From: Emiliania huxleyi CCMP1516 | Lineage: Eukaryota | Assembly: GCF_000372725.1 (NCBI RefSeq) | Contig: NW_005201392.1 | Span: forward strand, 863,620 to 927,619 | Direction of reading: 5' to 3' | Length of the DNA: 64,000 nucleotides | Shown here: positions 25,060 to 38,154 of the stretch, one piece after another | How positions within the stretch are numbered: the first letter of the stretch is position 1 | Layout of the letters: every line of letters begins with the position of its first letter | The notes under the pieces: generated by a model | Seen by the model: the letters and a program-made list of their open reading frames with translations, nothing else | Told to the model about the DNA's origin: nothing | Databases searched by the model: none | Translations under genes and position numbers: made by a program

Positions 25060-28000
25060 GCGGCTGCGGCGGCGGCGGCGGCGGGGCGGGCAGCGGCGGC
25101 GGGGCGGGCAGCGGTGGCGGCGGGGCGGGCGCCGCCGATGCGGGCGGCGGCGGAGGGTGGAGCGAGGTGTTGACGTCGATGGAGACCGCCGAGGGCTCAG
25201 CGGCGCTCGTCGCAATGTACACGGCGCTCGGCGTCGCCGCCGCGGAGAGTGCGGATGGCATTCCCGACGCGACGGCGCGCCGCGCGCTGCGCCGCTATCT
25301 TCGCTCTCGCGTGCGGGTTGGGGCGGGCGGCAACTGCACCGCTGTTAGGGACAAGGTCGTGGAGGCGGCGCCGGCGGCACGAGATGGCTAATTAAATAGT
25401 AACCCCCCTAATTAAACAGCTGTTTAATTAGGCGGCGCGAGCTCACTCGGCGCGGGCGGGCAGCGATACGGCGAGTAAGGCAGAGGTGGCGCGCGGCGGC
25501 GCGAGCGCGACCGGCGGCGGCGCGACGGTGGTGGCACCGTCGATGGCAGCGTCGCACCCGTGGCCGCGCGGCGGGTCTTCGCCTGACGTGATTGATTTGG
25601 ACTGCAGCAGCGCCTCTGGCGAGGCGGGCGAGGCGACCCCGCTGTCTGACGGGGCGGGCGACGGCGCAGAGAGCGATACGAGCGGGGCGAGCGACGCGGA
25701 GGGGGAGGAGGCAAGCCCCACCCCACGGACAGAGATCACCAGAGTTCGCCCCGGACCGGGAGTGAGCGCGAGATTTGCCTGGCTCGACCGCCCCCCCCCC
25801 ACGCGCGCGCGAGGGGATCTGTGCTGCGAACGGCGTCTTTTCACACCTCCAGCTGTGAACAGGAGGACGAGTGTGGTGAGGGGGACGGGGATGGCGGACT
25901 CGCCGACGGTACGCCCCCGCCCGTTGTGTGCGCGGACGAGGGCGCGGCGAAGGCAGCCCGGCGGCGGCTCTCGACGGCGTTGCGCCACTCCATCTGCCTG
26001 CTGCTCGCGGAGCACGCGACGCCTGCCGCTTCATCCGCCAGCCCCGGCTCGCGCCCCGCGTCGCCGCTTCCGCGTTCCAAGGCGGCTTCGGTGCCCCTCT
26101 TCCTCAACCGCCTCCTCGGGTTGCCGGTAGCCGACCAGGCGGCGCTGCTGGCGCTCTACACTTTCTTCTGGCGGCGCGCAGTGGTGGCGGCGCGGCGCAA
26201 CGGCCGCATCGACGAGGGGATCCGTTGGCACGTTGCCGGGGGCGCCGGGGCCGACGGCGCCACGGCACCCGGCGCCGCGACGGGGGCGACTGCTGCGGCA
26301 GTTGCGGCTGCCGCTCCCACCCCTTGCTGGTACGACGCGGCTCCGACGCCGGTGATTGCGCTCCGGGCTCACCCCATCCTTTGGGCCGTGACGGCGGAGC
26401 GGGCGGCGCCTCCGCCGCCCCTCGGCAACACGCAGCGTCAGTCCCCCCCGCCGGGCGCGTCCCCCGGCGTCGACGGCGACGCGGACACCGACGAGCGAGG
26501 CAGCGGCGCGGACGGCGGCCGTCGGGGCGGCGGCGGCTGTGGGAGCGACCACGGGGGTGGGGGCGCCGCGGGCGAGGAGGGAGGGCCCCTCCCCGGCCGC
26601 CTCGCGCTCCTCGAGCTGCGCGAGTGCCCGCATGGGGTCGTCGCCTTTGACACGGCCGCCGCGGCTGTCCGAGCTGACGCGCAGCGCGCCACTGCTTCGG
26701 CCGCCACGGCGCTCGCTTGCACCGCCGCAAAGGCCGCAACGGCTGCCACGTCGGCTGCCACGTCGGCTGCCACGTCCGCAGCAGTTGCCCCTGTGCCGGC
26801 GGCCGCAGGGGGAGGGGCAGGGGCAGGGGAGGGCGAGCTTTTCTTGGGCTTCTACCTGCTACGCGGCGCAGCAGCAGGCTCGGGTCGCCGCGGCCCGCTG
26901 CCGCGCTCTTGCGCGCCCTTGGAGGGGGCGCCGGTCGTCTGCTTGCGGCCGGCGGCGGGCGGTGCGCCAGGCGTCGCACAAACCTATTGCGTGCTCTCCC
27001 CGAGCGGCGCGCACGCGCCATGCGTCGAGGCGGCGGACGCGCGGCGGGCGCTGGTCCCCGTGTCTGCGTCTGAGGCCGAGCCGCTCTGGCGCGCCGCCAC
27101 CTTCTCGGCGGCGGCGACGGCGGCCGGCAGCGCGCCAGCCCGCTGGATGCTCGTCGGTGCTGTGTTGCGCGTCTTGCCGCGTGTGCGCCAGCTCTCCGCC
27201 GCCATTGCGAGCGGGGAGAAGGGCGCAGGCGGCGCGGCGGGCGCCGCCGGCGCCGGCAGCCGCCGTTTGAGCGTGAAGCGCGTGGTGCTCGCGTCGGGCC
27301 ACGTCGCCGTCGGATTGTGGCTCGACTCGGCGCTCGCCGCCGCCACTCTCCGCGCCGAGCGCCCCGAGACGCCGATGGAGTCGTCCGACCTCGACGAGGC
27401 GGCGACGCCGGTGGGAGGCGAGGCGAGCGGCCCCGAGGGGCAGCAGCGGTGGAGTTTGGCCCTGGAAGAGGCGCTCGCGACGCAGCGGGCGTTGCAGGCG
27501 GCGCTGCCGGCGCACGACGATGAGGCGGCGTGGCACGAGTGTTGGGCCAAGATCAAGGCGCACGAGGTTGCCGGGCTGGACGATGAGGAGCTGCAGCAGC
27601 GGCGCGAGCGGCAGGCGGACCTCGCCTCCTTCCGAGTGCAGTTGGAGCAGCGCAAGGCGGCCAAGGCGGCGGACCAGGCCCGTGCCGCCTCCGGCCGCCG
27701 TCTCGCCTCCCTCGCCGCGCTCGCGACCGCCGCGGGCGCGCCGAGCCCCGCCGCGGGCGTTGGCCCTCCCGCCGTCCCCGAAGCGGCGGCCGCCGCAATG
27801 ATAGCGGCCGCAGCGAATTCGGCGGTCGCTGCGAAGCCGGCGGTCGCCGCGAAGCCGGCGGCGGGTGGAAAGCGCGAGCGCCAGGGCTCCACCGGAGGGT
27901 GCGCGCCGGCGCGGCTCCCGGGCGGGGCTGACGACGCGTCTTCCGGCGGGGCGGCGTGCGGCGCGACCGCGCCCAAGCGCGGCCGTTTCGCGCCGGCGGT

Positions 28001-28151
28001 GCGGTCGGCCCGCACTTCGGCAGCCGCATTGCGCCAGAAGAACAATTCGCAGCTGCACCCGCTGCTCCGCAACGCCACCGACAATGCGGCAGCGGGGGCA
28101 ACTTCGCTTCACGGCGCCTCGCCGCCCGGCGCCTCGCCGCCCGGCTCCTAG
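21216..28151 (+). CDS. SBNO: Strawberry notch (SBNO)-like helicase, multi-exon
   Basis: [111 protein letters not shown]. Confidence 0.88.
22221..22689 (+). repeat. 64-bp perfect tandem repeat, 7 full copies plus a partial, spanning an exon/intron junction of SBNO
   Basis: Unit gccaccggcatggggacggtgagattacccgagaattcccgagatgacccgagattagctcttt starts at 22221, 22285 ... 22669. Confidence 0.97.
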
Positions 28152-28672
28152 GGCTGGCGTGGGCATCGCCATTCCGCCGCGCGCTTGACGCACGCGGCAA
28201 TGGCGGTCACACGAACATGGTTTTGGTCAGAAAGGGAAGGACGAGAAGCGATTGGCGGTTCGGACGCCGCATTTGTGTGCAATGGTTCCGGGTTTCTTTC
28301 CTGCTGCAGTGCAGGCGTGGATTATTCGTGCAGGGAGTTGGGGGTCGATCAGATGCGATATTGAGAGAGAGCGGGGCGTGGGAACGGTCCTAAAATATCC
28401 TCTATTCTTGTCCACCTCACACAAAAAGGTCAGGACAAGGTGAAAACCATCTCAACACTTTTGACCTCTTACGGTCTTACGGCTCTTTACGTATAGACTT
28501 TACCACCGTGTATACACTTTAGCCTTATTTAGGTCTTCTCTCTAAGCTCTTTTCCTCGCAGGTACTGGCACTCCCCCTGCCCAACTCCGGGAGCGCGTGG
28601 TACTGGTTGCTCTCTGCCGCTAGACAGCCCTCTCCACCACCCCACAGCTCGCAGCTCACACTTTCGCAGCTC

Positions 28673-31071
28673 TCATGTCGCCGCTCGCCACCAGCTCGGC
28701 TCAAACCGGCTTAGCAGGTCAACGGTGAGGTGCGCAGCGTTGGGGGCGTAGAGGGCCTCCCCGCCCGGCCGAGCCTCGAACCGCCACCACAGCGCCATGC
28801 TTTCCCCTTTGGGCTCCGACTCGGGCGCTGCCGCCGCCTCCCCTCCCCCCCTCCTGCTGCCGCTGCCGCCACTGCAGCTCATACGACCGCGCCAAGTACG
28901 CACCGGCGCCTGTGGCGGAGGCGCGCGGTGCGCGAGCACGCTCCACACGCGCGTGGGCGACGGGCGGGTCATGTAGCTCCTGCTCCTGGACGGCGCGTTG
29001 CGCTTGCCACTCAGGCGCAGAGAGCCGGCCGCGAAGTCCACGACGGCCTCGTGCTGGGCCGGCTGCAGGCCGTACTTTTGGGCGTCGGCGGCCGGATCGA
29101 CGAGGGCGTGGATGCAGATGCACCCGTCGGCGCGCATCGTCACAAAGACCGAGACCACGACTTCGTACGCGTCGAGCGAGCGCAGGATGTTGTGCAGCGT
29201 GCGCGGGACGGCGCCGGTGCGAAGCGGCCGCACGACTGCAGCGAGGGGCACGCACGCGGCGCGGACGGGTCCGTAGGCGTCGGCTTGAAGCCGGTCGGGC
29301 GGCGGCAGGGCGAGTGCCCCCTCGACGAGCGCGAGCAGCGCCCGCGTCGTCTTGACAGTCATCCTGTCGCACAAGTTCGTCTCGCCGAGCCAGATGCAGA
29401 GCGGCGTGTCGCACACGCCGCGGCGGCGCGAGGGGAACGGCGGCGCGTCCAACGCGATGCTGGGCACGCCGTCCGAGCGAAGGAGCGCCGCGAGCGAAGT
29501 GAGCAGCCCCTCAAGCCTCTCTTCGTCCGACTTGGCGTCCCACCGCGCATCGAGCTGCCACAGCATGGTCCCCGCCACCGTCCACCCGATGCCGGGCGGC
29601 TGGCTGAGTGTGTGCGCCTTGCAGCCCGCCGCCTCGGCCCACGCGTGAAGCAGCGCAATCGACGCGCGGCAGCGGTGGCACGTGCCAGCGATGAGTCGGT
29701 CGGTGTGGAGGAGCGCCGCTCTCGTCTTGCCCTGAGAAGGAAGGGGGGGGAGGGGGGGGAGCTTGCAAGAATGGTACGTAGGGGCTGGCTGACCCTCGAC
29801 GGCCATCACGGGATATCTCGGCTCGTCTCGGCTCATCTCGGCTCATCTCGGCCGACCTCGGCCGGCGTTGACGCTCGCGTCTCGCCGCGCCACACCTGCG
29901 CGTCGATGGCGTGGCCTTCAAAGTCGCCGTGCAAGCTCACCACTCGCTGGCCGGTGATGGCGTCCGCGCCGACCGCGCGCCACCCCGTCCTTGCGGCCAC
30001 CGACGCGTACGCGTCTGCGAGCGATGCCGCAGCCGGCACCTCCAGCACCAGGTCGACGTCTCGGCCGCTGAAGAAGAGGCTTGAGCCGATCAACCGGCAG
30101 GGCCAGCCGAAGCGTGACTGGACGCGGCTCGCGATAGCGAGGCCCTCCGTCGGCGGCGGGGGTGGCGGCGGCGGCGGCAGGCGGGCGGATGGCTCGCCGG
30201 GCGGTGCGGTGCCGCCCTCATGCGCCCCGTCTGCTTGCGGCTCTGCCGCCCTCGCGCCTTCCCCCGCGGCGGCTGCGGCGCCGGCAGCGGAGGCTGCGGC
30301 GCGGTGCGCCTTGAGTGCCCTCGCCGCCGCCTTGGCTTCTGCGGCGCGCTTGGCCGTCTCCTCGCCCGCCAGCAGCTCCGCAGCCGCCCGGTCGGACGCT
30401 GCGACGGCCCTCGCCCATGCCTCCGAGGCGTCTCCCGCCTCCTCTGCCGCGGCACCCTCGCCGCGCGGCGCCTCCGACGCGTCTGGCTGGCTCCTGCAAT
30501 CTGCCGCGGGGCCGCCCTCGTGCAACGCTGGAGGGGTCGGAGGCGGAGCCGGTGCTGACGGTGGCGGCAGAGCCGCCGGGGGAGCTACTGCGGAGGGTGT
30601 GCCCGCAGCCGCCAGCGCGCCGTCCCAGACGCTCGCCCAGGCCCGATGAGACGACGCACAAAGCGCCGCGAGCGCGCTGGCGGCTGCGGGCTGGATCCAC
30701 AGCTGCACCGTGGGAAGCTTGAGGCGGCAGCTACTCGTTCGGCGCCGGCACCAGCGCCTGTCCACGATTTCACAGAGCCGCGTGCTCAATCCAAAGAAGA
30801 CAGCGACGTAGATGACTTCTGGCGTCGGAACGATATGCCCGAAGAAGGATGCGGTGGTGACGAGCCCGCCGCCAGTCCTCGCCACTACTTGGTGCCAAAC
30901 CGCGCTGGCGGGAGGCCCGTTGACAAGATGGAGGACGGCAACAACCAGGGCGAGGAGAAGGAGGAGAGAGATACTGTCCCGCTGCGGCCACGATCCGCAG
31001 CCGAGAGTTCGGTCGATCACGAGGCATGTGAGGAAAGAAGCTACGCCCGCCGCGGCGCACAGCGTTGCCAT
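28673..31071 (-). CDS. Protein with N-terminal TM helices and a Pol-beta-fold nucleotidyltransferase domain (PAP/TUTase-like)
   Basis: LIGSSLFFSGRDVDLVL (hGS...DxD) and third Asp in IDAQVW. Intron 29733-29856 joins TPAE to GKTRAALL. ALLHAWAEAAG helix resembles the PAP central domain. Confidence 0.55.
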
Positions 31072-31951
31072 CGACTGAGTGCGCAAATACGAACCTAATT
31101 TTCACGCCGCGGGATGTGTGATCTGTAAGGGTCCGCCCGCAGGCGCATTTTGTATACCGAGGCGGTGCCCGGTGCCGAGCGCAGGCCGGAGCCCACAGGT
31201 CGGACCTTAAGACAGCGTTGTAGATCCCTGGGCGAGGGTGGTGGAGGGGGCGGTCCGTCGGCGCCAAACCACCTCCCACCGAGGTGGGCAGGTTCCACGC
31301 GTTCCCGGACCGCCCCGTTGGAGGTAGACCGCTCGTCTAGCCAATCAGCCTTAAGCGAGCGGCCTGGCCGTTGGAATGGCCGAGTAGGGGAGGACGACTG
31401 TCCCTGACGGCGAACCTCAGTTACGAGCCGCCCTCCCCTCGAGACGCGAGGCCAGCGCACTTGGGGCCGAGCCCCAGCGTGCACCGCCCCACACGCCTCA
31501 CGCGGCCTCTGGCTGGAGCGGGATCGCAAGCGAGTCCCCCTGGCCGGCACGCGTCTTCCGAGAGAGGAGCGGGAGCGAGGGACCTTCTTAGTTGTCCGGC
31601 ATGCAGACGCATGCACGGCCGTTCAGAAACTTTCCCAGCCGTTGGAATGGCTGCTCTCCCGCCCCTCGCTGGGACGAACGGGTAGTAGGCGTTGGCGCCG
31701 AGAAGAGGTAGGAGTCGCCGAAGGACGGGTAGTCGTCGGTCATGCGGGGGGAGGAGGAGTCGGCGAGCAGCAGGGGGGGAGAAATGCCTGAGAGGGTGGG
31801 GAGGGAGGCGTGAGGCGCGAGGTGAGGGGGCGCGGGGCGCGGGGCGTGCGTGGGACGCGCGGCGTGAGGCGCAGGGCGTGAGGCGGGAGGCGCGGGGCGC
31901 TCGAGGTTGGGGCAGAGTGTGTTTTTTGTGTGTCTGTATGTGTGTCTGTAT

Positions 31952-31957
<6 letters not shown>

Positions 31958-32027
<70 letters not shown>
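31958..32027. repeat. (TG)n microsatellite; similar tracts at about 8911-8948, 10118-10185 and 62166-62223
   Basis: Dinucleotide runs seen directly. Confidence 0.95.
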
Positions 32028-32028
<1 letters not shown>

Positions 32029-33013
32029 GGTTTGTTTGTGCGAGGGCTGGGCGGGGCAGGGCAGGGCGGCGGCGAGCGGCGAGCGGCGTCGGCGAGATCG
32101 GCGACGTAGAGAGGCGATGGTGACGTACACGGCGGGAGTGTTCACGGCAGCAGCGCCGACGGCGGCCCCGCGCAGCGGCGGCGGCGCCCTGAGTGAGGCA
32201 GATTGCCCTGCACAGCCTGCTGGGCACGCTCCCGACGAGCGGCGCGCCATGCGGGCCCGCCGCGGGCGACGCGGGCGGCGAGCCGACACGCGTGTCACAG
32301 GCGTAGACAGCACTGGCGAAGCGAGGCGGCCGGCGCCGGCCCCGGAGGCGGCTGCAGTAAGAGCAGCGAGGCAGAAGTCACTGTCCAAGGCGTACTGAGC
32401 AGGCTGCCATCGAGCAGCGCGCCATGCGGGCCTGCCGTCGGCGACATCTTGGAGAGCCGACAGGCATCGAAGAGGTAGGTACTGAGGAGGGCCATCGCGC
32501 CCGAGGCGGTCCGCGCCGGCCCTGCAGGCCGTCTCAGAGAGCCTGGCGAGGCTGTACAGAATGCCAAGAGCATACTGGGCAGGCTGCCGTCGAGCGACGA
32601 GCCATGCTGGCTCGTCGCAGGCGATGAGGTCGAGGAGCCGATCGGAGCGTCGCAGAGGCTGCCGACCACTGCCGTTCGCCCTCGGGCCCAGGGGTGGAAG
32701 GCAAGCTTCCTGGCGTTTCTGGCGAGCGTCCAGACGTCGCAGAGCATCCGGCAGGCGCGCAGCGACCCAAATTTTTGCTCACCGCACGGCCGTGCGAGCC
32801 GTCGGTCGGTGGTGATGGTCGGCGTCGGCGCGCGCCGACCGACGCGGCGGCGGTGGGCGTCATGTGGCGCGTTTTGGGACCAGACATTGTCCGAATTGCG
32901 GCGGACGTCCCTTCATAACTCGATGCGGTTAGTCAATATGGGCGAGGGGTATACACGATATGCGAGATAACTTCCTAAGCCTAGCCACGGACGTTCGGCA
33001 ATGCATGCTCAGC

Positions 33014-33961
33014 CTACTCCTGATGTGCGCATTTCGGCCCGTTGGCGTTGTGGTTGGTCGAAAAGCCCGGGCACCCGTGCGGGTTTGCGGCCGTCTCGCA
33101 CAGCTCTCCCCGCGCGGCCCTCGCGCCAAACGGCAGGCCGCCAGGCTCAGTCTGCCGCGCTGCAGGCGTCAGCGGCCTTGGCTCGAGGCCTTCGAGCCAC
33201 CGACGGTTGACGTAAGAGATGCTCATGTGCGGGAAGCGCCCAGAGACACGGTCCCACGTACAGCCGGCTTCCGCTTCGTCCCACGTGTGTGCACCGCGGG
33301 CTTGCACGAAGCGCTCGACCACCACGAAATGCTCCCGCAGAGCCTCGAGCACCGGCAGCATCTGCGCCGCCGGCCGCAGGTAGTGTGGCCGTATTCGTCC
33401 GTGCGCGTATGGGATGCTTCTGTTCTTTTTGCAAAAGTGCAGCTCGATGTCGAGGAGCCGCAGCTGCCGGAACTGAGTCGCATTCATCTCGCGTAGCGCC
33501 TCCCACTCGCTGCCCTCAATGTCCAGCTTGGCTGCCAGCGCATGTGGAGGCGCGGCGCCCACATACGCGGCCTCCAGAGCAGATGCCCAGCCGACAAACC
33601 GAGGACGAGGAGGCCGGGAGACTCCCAGGCAGCTGTCAAGGCGCAACGGTGGCACCGCAAAGCGTTGGAGCTCTGCCGCAAAGGCACTGCTGGGCGAGAA
33701 GCAGTCGAATAGCACAGAGTACACGCCAAACCACTGGCTCAGCATGACGGACCATTCGTCGCACGTGCTAATCCCAAACGAGAGGCCGGTCAGCACACCG
33801 GGAGGTTCGAGAGCTCGGCGACACCAAGCGTACGCAGAACCTGTGCCTCGGCTCGCCTGCTTGATGAAGCCGCCGCAAAGCCGCTCCGCACCAGACGATG
33901 GCTCGGTGAGATCACGGATGCGGACGCCGGTGGAGTCCAAGCGCGGCCCTCGACTGGGCAT
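33014..33961 (-). CDS. FkbM/METTL24-like SAM-dependent methyltransferase
   Basis: GLSFGISTCDEWS; AAKLDIEGSEWEAL; QLRLLDIELH. Confidence 0.7.
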   Translation of the reverse strand: MPSRGPRLDSTGVRIRDLTEPSSGAERLCGGFIKQASRGTGSAYAWCRRALEPPGVLTGLSFGISTCDEWSVMLSQWFGVYSVLFDCFSPSSAFAAELQRFAVPPLRLDSCLGVSRPPRPRFVGWASALEAAYVGAAPPHALAAKLDIEGSEWEALREMNATQFRQLRLLDIELHFCKKNRSIPYAHGRIRPHYLRPAAQMLPVLEALREHFVVVERFVQARGAHTWDEAEAGCTWDRVSGRFPHMSISYVNRRWLEGLEPRPLTPAARQTEPGGLPFGARAARGELCETAANPHGCPGFSTNHNANGPKCAHQE

Positions 33962-34307
33962 TCGTAATTGTTTCTAGTAAATGACTTGTGCCGTACGCGG
34001 TACGGGTACGGGGAACTACGAAAGTGTGAACAGGTTGGAGGGCGCCGCGCCGCGCCGCGCACGTGCGACTGTCAGGAGCGGATCCGTCTCAGTTAGTCGT
34101 GTTCACGCGCCGGCATCGTGTCCTGACCAACCTGCCTGGTACAGACTTTAGTCCTCGACAGTACGCGGTATGTGCTGAAATGGGAATCACGTGAGCCACG
34201 ACGACTAGTATAGCGTGGTAGTGCGACGCCCCAGGGAGCTCCGCCGCGCGCCGGCGGCGCGGCCCGTACTATCGCGCTACTAACGTGGGGGCGGAGTCGT
34301 ACACGGC

Positions 34308-37300
34308 TCAATCAGACAAAAGGCGAACGTACTTCTCCTTCCCTCCTCGCTCCCGATGGTTCGGGGACGTGGAGTGGACGTACGCATGAATGGACACGAG
34401 CGAGGGGCTAGCGACCGAGCGGTGTGTCGCCACCGAACCGAGGGAAGCGAGTGACGCGGAGCTGCCGTGGTTGGCTTTGCGGCGGTCCGCGGACGAGGCG
34501 ATCGAGTAGTGGAACGAGGCGATGGAAGGGCTCTTGACGGGGCCGCGATGCGTCGCCACCGATCGGAGCGAGCGGAGCGAGGCGAGGGACGCGGAGCTTC
34601 TGAGCCGCCGCCCCCTCCGCCGCCGGCACCTCCGCAAGGCGCCGAGGCAAGCCACCGAGAGCGAAATGGCGACCGCCCCGCACAGCAGCGCCAAGCCGGT
34701 CGGCGAGATGTACGGGCAAGCGGCGCGCAGTTCGAGCGCTCCAGCGCGCGGGAGGTCCGAGAGCGGTGGGCGCGGCGGCGGCGGCTGGGTCACTCGACGC
34801 GCCGCCGCCGCCGCCGGCACCGTCGACGCCGCCGCCGAGCGAAGCGCCGCGAGAGTGGGCGCGTCCGGGTCGCCCCCAAAGTGGCGTGTGAGGTCCGGGT
34901 AGCGGTACGAGGACGCGGAGCCGTCTGGGAGGCGGTTCGGGACCGCGTCGAGCGCCTGCACGAGCGACCACTGTGGCGACTGTCCGATCTTCACGTGCCC
35001 GCCGAGGTGGTCGTGCTCCGCCATGTCGGCAGCGGCGTCCATCTGCAGCGTCCAGAAAAAGTGGCCAAACGCGGCTGCGAAGGAGGCGAAGAGGGTGTCG
35101 ACGAAGCGCTGGCTCACCTTGAGGCCCATCTCGTCGACGGCAAGGGACCACTCGCCGACGACCACTGGATGGTGCCGGGCGTGCTGCAGGAGGCGGCAGC
35201 CAAAGGTGCGAGCCGCCTGCACCACCGTCTCGTCTGGCGTCGCCTCCGACAGCCCGTCAAAGGCCGTGTACAAGTGCAGGTCGATGAAGACGTTGTGGAA
35301 CTGCGGCTCGCGCAGCTGCGTCACCCACCCCCACAAGTCAAACCAGTAGAGGACGCAAAAAACGACCGCGACGTCGGCGCGCCGGCGCCGCACGAGGGAG
35401 TAAGCAGCCTCGTAGTACTCGATGAGCAGTGGCCGCATCTCGTCCTCGCGCGGCGCCGAACTGAGATCGCCGGGCTCGTTGAGCAGCTCGACGCCCCACA
35501 GCGCGGGGTGCTCGCCCACCTCGTCCATCAGCCGTCGCAACTGCAGCGGGTCACAAGGCGAGGAGGGTGTTCCATGGTGACTACGCAGCGCGGCGTCGGC
35601 GCCCGCGTCTAGCAAGCGCGCCACGGCGAGCGAATTGTCGATCGAGTAGCGGTGCCACTCGGCGCGGCCGGCACAGCCCGAGTGCTCCTTCCCATTCTGC
35701 CCGCCGGGCGCGCCGTGCAAATCGAGGAGCACGACGACCCCCCTCGCCTGCAGATGAGGATCCGGGCGGGTGGACGGCCACCGGCCCAGTCGAGCACAAA
35801 AGCGGCGCGGCTTGACACCCCTCGAGAAGGGTACTGCATGGCTCTCGGAAGGATCTAGGAAGCGGCGCCTCGGCCCAGTCGAGAAGGCGCCGGATGGCGC
35901 GGAGGGCGGGAGCTGGGCCCGGCGCCATCTCACCCCATGCGGCGCCGCTGCCCGGGTTCGGCAATTCGTGCGGGCGGAGGACGTCCCACCAGCCGAGCGG
36001 CAAACGGACGGCGTTGATGCCTTTGCCGACCATCCAGTCGAAGTGCTCCTCACCGATCCAGCCGTCGATGTGCGCCTCCATGCGCTGCCAGAAGGAGGCG
36101 TTGCTGCCGCGCGGCAGCTCGCACAAGGACGCGCGCGACGCGACCGTCGTGAAATCCTTCTCGGGGATGAGCCAGCCTACGCTCACAAACGCGCGCCACG
36201 TGTCAAGACGCGCCACGGCGGCCGCGGCGGCGAAGGGTGAGGCGATCCCCCGAGGTTTGCCCCTCGCAACGGCTCGACCTCCTCCACCGCAAAGACGGCG
36301 GGCTTGCTCTCAAGCTCGGCGCTGCCCGTGTAGCCCGAGAGGCGGAGCGCGCCCGAGCGCGAATCGACCGCCACATGCCGCCCCCCGCCCATCCAGTCGT
36401 CGGTGCCGCCGACGCCGCGCCGTCCTGGGGCGCGCATCCGGACATAGCCGAGGCGCCGCGTCCGCGCGCATCCCCCGCCGCGCGCGCCTCCTGTCGGCTC
36501 CGCCGCCTCGCTCGGCGGCGGCGGCACCACCTCCACCGCGAGCGCGGAGGCGAGTCCTGAGCGATGGCCGGTGGCGGCGAGAGTTCCGACAAACCAGCCG
36601 CGGTGGCCGCCTGCCGCGCTCAGCGCTGGGAGACGCCACGAGACCGACACGAAGCCTGCGGCGACACGGCGAGGCGGGAGGCGGGCGAGGACGGGCTGTG
36701 AGAGGAGCAGGGCGCGTAGGGGCGGGGTGGGGCGGGGCGGGGGCGGGGGAGGGGAGGTGGTGGGGGGGGGGGGGCCCTGCGCGTCCTCCGCACGACTGAG
36801 AAGCTCCCACCGCCTCGACTGAGAAGCTCCCGCCGCCGGATCGTGCTCCAGTCCACCCGACCATCCGCCGCGGCCGCCACCGCCTCGGCCGCCGCCGTGC
36901 CGGTCCGAGCGGGCCGCCTCTGGCGCGGCGCCGCCCGCGTCGTACAGCTCGAGCGTGCCGCCGTGGATCCATGGCAGCAGAGTGTCAGCGACCTACGTGC
37001 GACCGCGCCCGTAACGACATGATCACGCGGCCTGAAGTCGCAGCGTGACCAAGTGGCTCCCCATCCCGCCAAACGCACGTGGTCGCATTCCGCATCTAGA
37101 GCGGCGACAAGCTCACCGCGGAGCGGCGGGTCCCGATCGTGGGGCGGGCCGTCAAAGCTGCTGCGGGCAGCCTCCTCTCGCGCTGAGACCACCCGCACGT
37201 AACGGCCGCTCGCCTGAGGGGCGTGCAGGGAGGCGCGTCTCTCGTCGCGGCATCACGCGGTTGCATCTGTGTTGCATCTGTGTTGCATCTGTGCTGCATC

Positions 37301-38154
37301 TGTGTTGCATCTGTGCTGCATCTGTGCGGCATCTGGGCGGCATCTGGGCGGCGTCTCGGCTACACATTGCCACGTCTCGCAGCACCACGCGGCGTCCGGC
37401 CGCGCGGCGTGGCGCTCCGACGTCGACCGAGGGGCACTGGCCGTGCTTGAGAGCGCTGAGGAGGTCAACGAGCAGACAGACGTACCTGCGTGCGTGAGGG
37501 ATGTGTCGGGGCGCGCGCACGTTTGGCCGAGGCGACGGCCGTGCGCGCTTACCCCTGGACCGGCCCCGGCTGCCAAAGCTGATGCGCCGTCCACGAGGCG
37601 GACGCCGCGATCGCGTCCGACGAGCGCCGGCCAAGAGTCACAACGGCGGCGGGCTGGCCGACCAGCAGTAGGCCGCCGCCGCAGAAGAGCATCAGTAGCA
37701 CGAGGAGGCTGATCTTACTGCGGGCCTCCTGCGCCTCACGCGCCTCGTCCGCCTCTGCGCTGCGCTGCAAAAATGTCGTCGCGCTCGCGCCGCGAATCAG
37801 ATTCAGCCGCTCTGGCTCTGACAGGTTCCGCTCTCGCGCGGACAACGAGCTCGAATGCTTACGAGGCCGTCCAAGGCGCGAGCCGGCGCCCGCCGTTCGC
37901 ACGTCCTGGTGGCTCTCAAAGGGCCGTCGCGCCGGGCTCTCCGCCGCCATTGCCGTCGGTAGCGAGAGTGACCGTCCCTGCAGCGCCGGCGACTCTGTTG
38001 CTGCGGTGGGCCGGGCCGGCAGCGCTGGCTGCTGTCTGCTGGTGTCGAGCGAGCATGCCGGGCTCATGCCGTCCGCAAGCACGTCGACGAGTTCGAAGAG
38101 GAGCTCATCCTCCTCTGTGATGAGCGGCGTCGCAGGGAGCCAGTGTTGTGACAT
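34308..38154 (-). CDS. GH5 exo-beta-1,3-glucanase-like protein with N- and C-terminal TM segments, spliced
   Basis: LRGANLGG/WLIPE; GINAVRLPLGWW; LLDLHGAPGGQNG; catalytic ELLNEP and VVGEWS; IDLHLY. Joining of the 5' exons (36300-38154) is inferred. Confidence 0.8.

Noticed and set aside
31690..32870. Possible minus-strand gene with a duplicated AWxxARxQPAQYAL segment (32390-32427 and 32570-32607)
   Set aside because: The duplication is real, but I could not build a supported gene model or assign a family.
34195..34260. tRNA-like A-box (tagtatagcgtggtag)
   Set aside because: No B-box/T-arm (GTTCRA) or acceptor stem found.
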